Assembly (NCBI GenBank): GCA_002633005.1
Contig: NMRA01000369.1
Location: 1 to 64,000, forward strand
Length of the DNA: 64,000 nucleotides
Origin: Phoronis australis
Taxonomy: Eukaryota > Animalia > Phoronida
Direction of reading: 5' to 3'
Made by a program: the position numbers and the translations under genes. Under the pieces are notes generated by a model, which searched no databases, was not told where the DNA came from, and saw nothing but the letters and a program-made list of their open reading frames with translations. Of the stretch, positions 45,380 to 56,800 are shown piece by piece. Within the stretch, counting starts at the first letter, position 1; each line of letters begins with the position of its first letter.

Positions 45380-48300
45380 TGTGTAAGACGCAGCAAAACA
45401 ACTGGGCTCGAGGTGAACAGATTGAAAATGTTTATAAATGGAACGAGCGGTTGAGCTAAAGATAGGCAGAAATACGGTGGCCCGAAAGTATCATCGCTAC
45501 TTTTGTTTAAATATTTTTTCATTTTTCATTTTCCACCCGGGTGGAAATTATTTCAACCTAGGTGGAAATTATTTTCACCCGGGTGGAAATTATTTCAATC
45601 TAGGTGGAAATTATTTTCACCCGGGTGGAAATTATTTCAACCTAGGTGGAAAGTATTTTCACCCAAGTGGAAACTATTTCACCCTAGGTGGAAATTATTT
45701 TCACCCGGGTGGAAAATATTTCAATCTAGGTTGAAATTATTTTCACCCAAGTGGAAATTATTTCCACCCGGATGAAAATAATTTCCACCTAGGTTGAAAT
45801 AATTTCCACCCGGGTGAAAATAATTTCCACCTAGGTTGAAATAATTTCCACCTAGGTTGAAATAGTTTCCACCCGGGTGAAAATAGTTTCCACCCAGGTG
45901 AAAATAGTTTCCAACCAGGTGAAAATAGTTTCCACCTAGGTTGAATTATTTCCACCTAGGTGGAAAATGAAAAATGAAAAAATATTTAAACAAAAGTAGC
46001 GATGATACTTTCGGGCCACCGTACAGAAAACTGGTCGAGCCCGAAGGCGGATCAGTTGCTCGCTGACGTACAGACTCATTTACCCTCGACCATAGATTCA
46101 AGTATAGAAAGTTTAACGGAAGCCATTAAATTATGTGCTGCGGACATGTTAAAACCAAAAGTGAATAAATCTTATAACCCAGTTAGTTTTCCCAAATGGT
46201 TTGACGCTGATCGTGGGGAAATGAAATCTATTGTTAGGCAAAAATTAAGTAATTTTAGATTCTGTATTGGAACACTGAGAGAAAACATTTGCCGAACTAT
46301 ATATGTACAAGCTAGAGGGCATTATGGAAATTTACAAACAGTGAAACAGATAAAGTGTAACAGAAAACATTACAAAAATTTGAAATCAGCTGTGGAGAGT
46401 AAAGACAGTAAAAAATTCTGGCGCACATTTAATATTAAGAAGAAAGGTATATCGAGGAATATTAAACCGGAGGAATGGATAAATTATTTCAGCTCTCTGT
46501 TTGAAGGTCGTTATTTTGTTTCTAATCCGGAGTTTGCTGAATTTCATGCTTATATTGAGAACTCCAAGTAATGCAACTGTTGATATGGAGCTGGACGCTG
46601 AGATCACAAAAGACGAAATTATACAAACCATCGGTAGTATGAAAGACGGAACTTCGCCAGGATGTGATAAAATTAGCATTGAGTTCTACAAGTATGCTGA
46701 TAAAAAATTGGTAGATTCGCTGTTCCATCTATACAACTACTTTTTTAAAAATGGTGTGGTTCCCAAAGAATGGACAAAATCCATTATAGTACCGATATTT
46801 AAGGGCGGCGTTAAATTTCCTGAAAATTTCAGAGGAATTTCCCTCATGCAAGTAACAACCAAAATATTCGAAAAAATATTGTGCCAGCGACTTCAAAAAT
46901 GGTCGGAAAGAGAAAACGTAATTAGTATGTCTCAAGCTGCGTTTAGGAAGGGCACAATACGGTGGATCACATGTTTGCTTTATATACGTTAACAATTAAT
47001 TAGTTGACACGAGAGAAAGGTAGATTCTATTGTGCTTTCGTGGATTTTAAAGCAGCTTATGACAGTATATATAGAAACGCATTATATTTTGAATTAAAGA
47101 ACAATCGTATAGAAGGTAAGATGTATAAGATAATCAAAGCAATGTTCGCTGAAGTAAAAGCTGGCGTAAGATTGAATAACGGGAGCTACACGGAGTTCTT
47201 TGATTGTCATAATGGTCTGAAACAAGGCTCTTAGCTATCACCGCTTTTGTTTATTTCATTTATAACGATCTCGAGCAAGAATTAGAATCCGGTGGAGATG
47301 AAAAAAATTCCATGGGATCAGCTGAATTATTGCATCTGCTGTTTGCTGATGATTTGGTTTTATTTTCTTATAGTGTTAAAGGACTGCAGAAAAAAATTGA
47401 ACATTTTATATGAGTATTGTCAGAAATGGAAATTGATTGTTAACATGTCGAAGACTAAGATAATTGTTTTCAAAAAGGGTGGAATGTTACGATCGTATAA
47501 AAAATGGACGTATGATGGAAATACTGTTAGTATTGTAAATGCATATACATGTTTAGGATTAATGTTTAATGCGAAAGGTTCGTGGTCTTGCGCACAGAAA
47601 ACTCTATCATTACAGGCTACTAAGGCAGTGAATTTAATGAGGAAAAATGTCAATGGTTTTAATGCACTCCCTGTTAAAGTTAGTTTGGAATTATTCGATT
47701 GATAAATATTGCCGATACTTCATTAAAGCTGTGAGATCTGAGGTTTTAGTGATTGCGGATGTATTGAAATAGTCCACACAAAATTTTGTAAAGAAATTTT
47801 AAATTTGCCTAGCACGACAATTTCATCGACTGTTAGGGGTGAGATGGGTCGTTACTCCTTGATTGCTTACCGACTTCCTAGAATTATGAAATATTGGTTA
47901 AAACTATTAAAAACCGATGCCTCAAAAATTACATATCATTACTAAGAATGGCAGTACAATATGATGGAAAATGTTAATAAACCGTGCTGGGTTAATAATG
48001 TTAAGAAATTGCTATTTCAATTTGGTTTTGGAGAAGCATGGTACAATCAGGGTGTAGGTTCCGAGACAAGCTTCATAACACTTTTTAAACAAAGATGCTA
48101 AGATATTGATCATTTGATCAGCAAAAATGGCAAGAAATTTTGAACAATTCGATTAAGCTGGAAACTTACAGAACTTTTAAGTTAAATATATATTTTGAAA
48201 ACTATTTAGATGTAATTGACAATGTAAATGTTAGATCTGATATGATAAGATTAAGATGTTCAGTGCATGCACTAATGATTGAAAAGGATACACACTTGAA

Positions 48301-48620
48301 ACTTAGCAGACCATAAAGATTATGCTCTCTCTGTGTTAAGATATATGTCGAGTTAGAATATCATTTTGTTACCGAATGTCCATTCTACGATGACCTTAGG
48401 AAACGGTATTTGCCTGCATGGAACTACAACAATCCCAATGTTACAAAATTCAACAGACTCATGACTATGGAGGAAAGAGATCTTATATGGTCAACATGTA
48501 AATATGTTCATTTCGCATTCAAGCGAAGAAGAACTCTTTTTATTTCTATTGTTTGACACTTACCTTTATTGTATTTGATGATTTGATTGTAACAAGGGTC
48601 GGAGGCCTAGTCATTGAATA
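45380..48620 (+). mobile_element. Degraded, 5'-truncated non-LTR retrotransposon (RTEX-like ORF2), interrupted by a foldback element
   Basis: Frameshifted or stop-interrupted motifs PKWFD, KKFW, SPGCDKI, PKEWTKSIIVPIFKGG, NFRGISL, FYCAFVDFKAAYD, GLKQG, LLFADD, VNMSKTKIIVF, and a C-terminal R.S.H.L.IE...LC..C....EYHF..ECP.Y...R zinc knuckle; ends in a TA/TACA-type tail. Confidence 0.9.
45473..46023. mobile_element. Non-autonomous foldback DNA transposon, IS3EU-like
   Basis: TIRs of about 65 bp TACGGTGGCCCGAAAGTATCATCGCTAC.../...GTAGCGATGATACTTTCGGGCCACCGTA; 6-bp TSD CAGAAA (45467-45472, 46024-46029); interior is a 21-bp repeat array that inverts near 45765. Confidence 0.85.
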
Positions 48621-48628
48621 TATATACA

Positions 48629-48724
48629 TAGGTTATGCAACGTACGTGTTTGTACCAGTGGTTATTATACCACGAATCGAGATATAATAACACACAGGTA
48701 CAAACACATACTTTGTATAACCTA
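48629..48724. repeat. Hairpin palindrome
   Basis: TAGGTTATGCAA..GTGTTTGTACC..GTTATTATA / TATAATAAC..GGTACAAACAC..TTGTATAACCTA. Confidence 0.7.
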
Positions 48725-50531
48725 CTGTATTTATCCTATGCGCCCCACTGAGGATTCTTTAAAGAAGCGGGTTTACACAGATTGCTCCGCTTGTTTTGGG
48801 TGTCGTTTGTCATCTTTTATCAATGATGATCGCAGATCGCGTGACACGTATACGTGTACGTAATTTTTTATGAATGAATTTTTGCAGCCTGCATGAAACG
48901 GCAGTCAAGTTGTAATTTACAGCAGCTACAGGTTTGGGGTGCATATCTGCTATTTTCGGTATTTTCGTTAGAGTTTGAGCTAAATCTATTTCTAAGTTAA
49001 AGTTTGCTTACATTTCTGACGATTCTTCTTGACTTCTTTGAGTAATATCTATGCAGGACACCCAGACGTTGTGGCTGATGCACGTTCAGATGCTTCTTAA
49101 AAATGCTCTTGCGCGCGGTTATTATCATTTTTAGGTAGAAATTATTTCGAAATATATCGTAAAATTGACAAAAATACAGTGTTTACAGAAGTTGCAGTCT
49201 TGCGTTTGGGCACGACGTATTTTGATTGTTTTGAGAACGAATTTAAAAATTGACTCGTATTTGACCGTAAAGAATCTCAACTGGTGTAGTGCAATAGGTG
49301 ACCAAATGGAGGCATGCATTTGTAAAGTATATTGCATTCATAATCCCAAATTTTTTGTGGCAAATTCGAGACTTTTTGTGATTTAAGTGTTCTATTCAGG
49401 TGCAAAAGTTTACGATATGTTAAGAAACATTGTCAACGATATTTTCATTTCACTTTTTTGTTTAATTTTCAGAACTCATATCATAGTATTGGCAAGTGAA
49501 AATATTGCGCACGGAGCTGAACCCAAAGTGATGCTATATATATAATCATGTTTCTATCAATTGTAGTGTATTGTGTTCTAATAAGGAATTTTGGCATGAA
49601 AGAAGGCATCTGTGTTGAATACGGAAAATCCATATTCAACGTGCGTTGAATATGGAAAAGTAGTTCTTTCATATCAAACCTGACAATACGACCCGTATTT
49701 CATGCCCATACTATCAAGTGGATTTTGGAGCCCCGAGGGTGATAATTCTACAAAATCCACGAAGTGAATCTATAAATTAAGGTTTAGCAACTATTATAGC
49801 TTACTACACATTTTATCACGCTTAGCTTCGACCGGGAAAATATCGTCTGCTAAAGTAGGTTACCACTAGTAACTGGCTATAATGCTCAAGTCAAAGGATC
49901 CCGACGACACGATACCCACATTCAAATTGGAGAACGCGAGAGAAAAATTTCACTAAATTGTCGAGGAAAATACGGCCATGTAATAAAGTATTTACCTCCC
50001 GCACTACTTCAACAGCGACCTCTGACATGGAAAGTTCAAAAGGTAGGTCAATGTCGACTCGACGTCTTCAGCCGGTTCGATCATCAAACTTTCCGAATGT
50101 AGTTTAAAGTAATACAGTTGCAACAGTGTAACTAACACTCGACATGCAACCAGGCCCTAAGCGTAAAATCTGGAACAAAACTGTTAATTATATGACACTT
50201 TCTCTCACAATTTTCCATTGCTGAACATTATATCGTCTGCAACTCAGGCGCCGATTCCTAGGAAATTAAAATATCAAAGATTGTTGTTGTTTTAACTATT
50301 TCCAGGAGATGTTACAAGTTCATTGCTCAGTTGCCGTCGTTTTCATCTTTGCTACGTCTTTTCAAGAAATAAATTGTTACTTATAAAACTTTCTTTTTCA
50401 AGAAAAAACTTACAACCTAACGCGCAAAGACATACATATAGGTTGTGATCCGCCATGTGAACAGTCTGGGTGAAGTATTTGAAAAATCTGCCAAAAAAGT
50501 AAGAAACTTAGGAATTAGATGCGCATGGGAT

Positions 50532-50687
50532 AAATACAAGACGTACCTCGATTGTAGTGCATGAAGCAGTATCCCACTTGACCTTATTCGGCGTATCGAC
50601 CTCGAACTTCAGTCTCGGTCTATACGCGGAATAATGTCTCGTGGGATATTACTTCATGTACGCCACTCTCGGTACGTTTTGTGTATA
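50532..50687. repeat. Hairpin palindrome of about 155 bp
   Basis: ACAAGACGTACC..CATGAAG..TATCCCAC..TTATTC.GCGTAT.GACC / GGTC.ATACGC.GAATAA..GTGGGATA..CTTCATG..GGTACGTTTTGT. Confidence 0.7.
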
Positions 50688-50741
50688 TATATACACATAC
50701 ACATACACATACATATACATATATATATATATATATATATT
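50684..50741. repeat. TA/TACA microsatellite
   Basis: (TA)n, (CACATA)n, (TA)n seen directly. Confidence 0.9.
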
Positions 50742-51990
50742 CATAGGCGGATTTAAGGGGAGGCTTAGGGGACCCGCCCCCCCTTGGCTACCGCCAAAAA
50801 AATAAAACAGCAAGAGCGTAGGGAAATGTTGAGTTTATCAATTAACCCCGGTAATTAACATTTCGCGACTGAAACAGGATTTAAATGTGTGCAGTTTTAG
50901 TGTGTTTAGGGGGGGGGGCTAAGATCCAATTTCAAGTGTCAAATTCGGAACACGGCGCAATCGTAACGGAACTATGGCTAAGTGTAGGCTCTCCCGCTTT
51001 GATATTGAGAGACCTACTTGTTTATGGTCCAAAGCGTTTGCGCGCGAAACCTTCTTTTTGTAATGCTTATTACATGTTTTATATTTTGTGTTATCAATTC
51101 GTAATAAATTTGTTGTATTTAAAATAGTCTTCAATTGCCCAAAAGACCAAACCCGTTTTTGTCTTGGCAATAATGACGCGATTGCTTTGGAAATCGTCTA
51201 AAGGTAAGGTTTGACAAAGAGAGAATTATGAGTTTCTGAGTGATTCACTAAGGCTTCGATTAAAATTGACATCTTACCAGCAGCTTCTGTTTTTCATCAT
51301 CATTCAGATTCCATTTTCTTTAAAAATGAAGTAATTTTCTTCATTGCACAGTGGAGCACACGACGGAAACGGAGTCGTAGTGTCCAGCGCCACTGCCGGT
51401 CGCCTGGAATGTCGCGGGAGAGTCGATACTTAGCCATAGTTACGATTGCGCCGCTTTCCGAATTTGACACTTGAAATTGGATTTGAGCCCCCCCCCACAA
51501 CACTAAAACTGCACACATTTAAATCTTGTTTCAGCCGTATAATTTTAATTACCGGGGTTAATTAATAAACTCAACATTTCCCTACGCTCTTGCTGTTTTA
51601 TTTTTTGCTGCAGCCACGGGGGCGTCCCCCCTAAATTTGCCAATGAAGCATTACAAAAAGAAGTAGGTTTCGCACGCAAACGCTGTGGACCATAAACAAA
51701 TAGGCCTCTTAATATCATATTACGAGTTAAATCGTGCTGGTACAGTGGTAAAGCACTCGCGCTCTATCCGCAAGGTCGTTTGTTCGAGTCTGTGGTAATT
51801 GCAGTTTTTCAAGTTTGACACGTTCTCCGTGTTTTCTTCTTGGATAATACTTCAGGAATCAAGTAAAATCAGAAAAAAATTCCTGGGTGACCCCCCATTC
51901 GGTGCTTTGCGCATCTACAATTGGGCTTTGCGCAAATGTTTACAGACAAAATGTTGGCCCCCCCCTTGTGATATCCTAGATCCGCCACTG
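50742..51990. mobile_element. Composite of MITEs: long inverted arms plus a copy of the 28322 family
   Basis: About 50742-50997 is the reverse complement of about 51414-51645; 51646-51990 ends in CCTAGATCCGCCACTG. Confidence 0.7.
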
Positions 51991-53194
51991 TATGTATAGC
52001 CTATTTGTTCAAGCTAGATAAAAAAACGGTGACAAGTGGTTTCCTAGTATGAATTGATGGGAGTGTAGACCAAGTATTTCCGCATACCAGATCGGACAAA
52101 TGAGAACGCGTCCGTGCTTAAGAATACAGCCCAGGACAGAAAAGTCAATACTGCGAAAGTCAGTTACAATATGTTGTTGCGAATCACAGGAAACTTCACC
52201 TTTGTAGTACACTCGATTGACCATCGGTCGTCGAAAATTCCATATTTCCACCGTCGGGCAGCACCTTCTGTCCACCCCGGTCTCTGCAGTTTCCACCAAG
52301 GTTTCGAACACCATGTATGGTACACGAATCTGCATCATTATAATGTAAATAATAAGCATGCAGACGAAAACATGACAATGGGCAATGATGATGACGTGAC
52401 ATTTCAATTATTTATCAATGTTTGAATGTGAATTCATTTCTACTTTAATTTTATGGATTTGATGGGCAGGCCCAATACACATAGAAATTTACATTAATGG
52501 ACAAACAGCGCTGCAAACTGCATTAAGGTTGTCAATAAACAGCATATAAAAATATAAACTTGAACAATTTTTACTACTATAGATAATGACATAACAAAAG
52601 TGTAAAAAACATCAAATTTTGGGAAAGGGTCCTGTTCATAAACCTCCAGTATGCCCATACAAACCTTTTGCTCTGGAGGTATTATGCAACACATTAGACA
52701 TTGAAGGAAATTGATATAGACGTGCCGTTTTGCAAAATACTCGAACAGAATATCCTGCACATGAAAGTACAACAAACTGATATAAAGTCCTCTTTGTTTT
52801 TTTTCTAGCTTCAAGCGTTTAACTCAGTATTCCGAAGTACTCTAATTAGTACAAACTTCGTGAAGCAACGGAAAAGCGCTAATTTAGGTGGCCAATGACA
52901 AATGTAGGTGTGTATATACTTTGAGGTATGTACATGTAACAAGAAGAGGGTTTATGTAACATAAAAATTGTTTTTGAAAATCTGACATGTGTGGAATTAT
53001 TCCCCTTTCGTGTCCATAATAAACTATTCCATTACTTTGAACTGCCCCCGTAAAGATAAGTCAGAAAATTCGACCCAACTGTTATCTGAATAGGCGATGA
53101 TAACCTTTCTTACGAGTTCTCTCGTTTCTAGTTGTCTAGATCTGTTGGAAAACTAGTCTCCCCTAGCGATAGACAGGTAGGCAAGGCAAATAAC

Positions 53195-53290
53195 AACTGT
53201 GCGTGACGTCATTTCAAGCGTGATGTCACGACAAGCTTGAGCAGTCTAGCAGAACTAACTCTGAGTTTATGCGGAAGACAAGGTAAGCAA
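53195..53290 (+). promoter_or_regulatory. Putative promoter and non-coding first exon of the mucin-like gene
   Basis: TGACGTCA near 53205; donor AAG|GTAAGC at 53282/3; acceptor TTTCAG at 53818 just before the ATG. Confidence 0.35.
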
Positions 53291-53832
53291 GCTTGTTCAG
53301 TTACACCATTTGCATCGTCTCTCGATTATCGGAGGAGTTTGGTCCTGAACTTTTCTGTAGAAGATGCACGACGGTCGACTTACCCAAGGTACGTACACAT
53401 TCCGTGTCACTGAGTCACACCAGTCTAATTGATAATTGCTGGGTTAAAGTGTAAAAGTTTAACAAAGTTATTGTGATTACCCCGCCTTGCATGGAGCCAC
53501 ACATGTTTTAAGTGAACGACTTCTAAACTGTCTAAAAATATACAGCAATGAAACCTCCGATATTTGTATGGATCCCAGTAACCCCCTGACCCATTTCATA
53601 TAGATGACCAAGTCAAAAACGATTTCCTAAATATGAACATATTGTAAATATAAATATAAACTGATTGTTAAGAAGATTAGATATTTCAGTTGTGACAGAT
53701 ACCTATTGTAGTGTGGAATTGCCAAAAACTTGGGTCCAAATGAATAGCTGACCCAACATTTCGGTTCTGCAAGACTATACTTCCAAATATACTATATTTG
53801 ATACTACTGATATTTCAGGGCACAGCTCAAAC

Positions 53833-56800
53833 ATGAACAAGGTCATATCAACAGTTCTCCTTCTAGTAAGTAGTGTGTGGTTTGTATGAGGATCAAAAAC
53901 AAGCTGTGCTATTTGAGCTCTCCACGTCACAGCACAGCCCCATGAATGTTGAATAAACCGTCGGTGTACGAGAGCACTAGGAAATAAAGAGATGACAAAA
54001 CAAATGATATGTGCCAGAGTTCGTACGGTTGTACCGTTGCAAAGAGACAACCTCGAGAAATTCGTGAAGTACTGAATACTAATTTCACATTTCGCCAGGA
54101 TGTTCAAGCTTATTCATGGATCTTTACGAATTATTTTGAAATGTTGGTTATCAAACCTTTGCCACTTGCCGCAGAGCACTTTTTAAGAGCCAGGATGAAC
54201 CCTTAATCCTCCTCAAAGCTCTTGCTATGCACTTAATAATTCCCAAAACTATTATTATTTAAAGATTCCTTACCATCAATAAGTTGGACAACGTAAAGGT
54301 GGTTCAGCTTTTTACGATAGTGGAGGTCCAAGTAAAACGACAGATGTCTTGAGAGAATTAAAGTTCTATTTCCCAACAACGAGTATAAAATCGATAGTCA
54401 AGCTTAGTGTCGCGATCTCTATTTAAAGAAATTAAATTTTTTTTCCAGTGGTTTTCATTTGCCATTGATCCGGAGCTAATCTCGGATCGCCTTTACACCA
54501 CAAATCATGCCTTCCGCATTCTCGGAAAAACTAAAACAAGATTGAGACATTTGAATAGAGGCCGAGAGTCACCTCAACATACGAAAAATAATTGTTGTCG
54601 GGGATTTTTTTCGCTTAAAGACCGTTTCTAATGGATTCTTATGCGAAATGTAGTAACGAATCTGGTAATATTTTCCAAGTCTAAGTTGTTCATGTGTTGT
54701 TTACCGGCTATGCTAGCATACAGGCTAGGTCTTGTCAATGCTACTGTTTGCAAGCTATGGTGCGTTTGGCTGGGTTGTTTGCGAAAGTTACGCATCGACG
54801 TTCCCCCATAGATGACCGTCGACACCCGGGGTGAATCTCTTATGGAGGTTCGGTGGTAATGTTGCTGCAATTTCCTAGACAAGCGTTCAATCGCGTGGTT
54901 TTGTGGTTCGGTTAACAGAACTGCTTTTTTGTTTTTGTTGAATAAAACTTGTCAGATAAATTTCTCCTCCATTTCTATTGACTTGTAAGACAACCTCCAT
55001 TGAATCGAGAGATGTTTGTACACCACGGAGCAGTTTTGGAATTTTCGTCTACGTAAGCTCCAAATTTTAGGACTAGTGACTATGTTGTCCGCTATTATAG
55101 CTTATTTCAAACTTTAGGTCGTATACGCGTTCAAGCCAAAAACTACAACTCGCAAAATCTTCCCTCTTCCATGTTCAATGTTGTGCAGAACCCTAGACAA
55201 ATTCCAAAGATGGCTAACTTCTTAACACCATATCTAAGAAATGGCTAATTAGATTCATACCTGGTTTATGCACTCTATGAAAACAATGACTATTAGAGTT
55301 TATTTATACAAAAACTCACAAATTGTATGGAACGAAAATGAATTGATAATTTAGAAAAAATGTAACAGGTTTTTGAGATTTCGTCTTGAACATTTATATC
55401 AACTTAGAATTTGGTCATGATCTTGATTCCGTTGCCAACCATTGAGATGTACTAGTATGTCCCTTGAGATACACTAGTACATCTCTTGAGATACACTAGT
55501 ACATCCTTTGAGATACACTAGTGCTGTATATCCTTTAGACACTAGTTCATCTTTGAGATACATTCTTACATCTTTGAGATACATTAGTTCCTCCCTTAAG
55601 ATACACTAGTATATCATGTGAAACACATTGAAATCTCTTGAGATACACAAGTATGCCCCTTGTGAGACACTTGACTGGTATGGGAAGTCTGTTATCCACA
55701 ATTACAATTTCTCGTCTACGTGTTGCAATAGCTGGTCACGGCTTGTACAGTGTACCTTGATCCAGAGTTTCGAGGGTTGTCGAATGTAACAGATCGAGAG
55801 AAATATAGCTGTTGCAATGGTTTAACTAATCAGTGGAGGATTTAGCGGGGGGCCATGCCCCCCTAAAATTCTACCAGATATCATTTGGCAGTTCGGGTGC
55901 GAATTGCTAACTAGTACATGCGCGCAACCAGTGAGGCTCGGGGGGGTGAAGAAACAATGCTTAGGCCCTGAAAAAAACCGCATCTGCCGAAATTCTGGTT
56001 ATTCCTGTGCCCTGGCCCCCCTGACTCAAAATCCTGGATCCGCCCCTGCTAATGACGTCGTACAAGTAGTTTATTTAGTATACCGAAACATGGTTTACTA
56101 GCAAGATATTAAGTAAAGACCAATTACAAACTTCCAACTGAAATAGAGCAAGTTTGCGGTGGCAAACTCCGCGTTGTCCACTGCTTCATCATGCGTAATC
56201 AGGAATGCTGAATCGCTGTATTAAACAGACAAAAGAATGGACAACACCCATAAAACATGAATCAAAACATCAGTTTTTGAAATATGATTTTTTCTGCATA
56301 AGTTTTGCATAAAATTCGGCACGTGCGCTCTTTCAGTAACAGTTTATAGCCTACCTAACGTTTTAATATACAGACAACAACATGTGCACTGGGGCAGACG
56401 ACTAATGTCACGAATATGACGTCACGTACAGTGTCGACAGAATTTTCCGCAGAGACGATGACTTCAGGAATGGAAACAACCACGCCGCAAAGAATCGAAT
56501 TTGGCACCACCAGCACACCACAGCCGTCGTTGAGGAGCATGTCTGCAACGGATCCATGTAATGTCGATTTCACCACAGACAGCCCCAATGACTTGAAAGC
56601 ACAGATTGAAGCGGTAAGTCCGTAACTCGTTTCACAAGCATTTTCGCGTTAGGTAACGACTCTATAAATACAAGTGTGTGTGCAACTAGAAAACAGTTAT
56701 AACGTCTCAAATGTCTTCTTTCTCCTCTCCAATCGATCATTACATTTGTTTGGCCTAAATTAATAACCCAAAAAGTAAATCTTGCCTCAGCATTCTTCTC

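Noticed and set aside
45438-45955. Repetitive ORFs (GGNYFHP / WKLFSP) and a CRISPR-like appearance
   Set aside because: These are translations of a 21-bp array inside a TIR element; there are no unique spacers and no cas genes.
55732-55819. Candidate extra exon (LVTACTVYLDPEFRG...CCN) in the mucin-like gene
   Set aside because: The donor is weak and the phase-1 end puts the next exon out of frame with an early stop.
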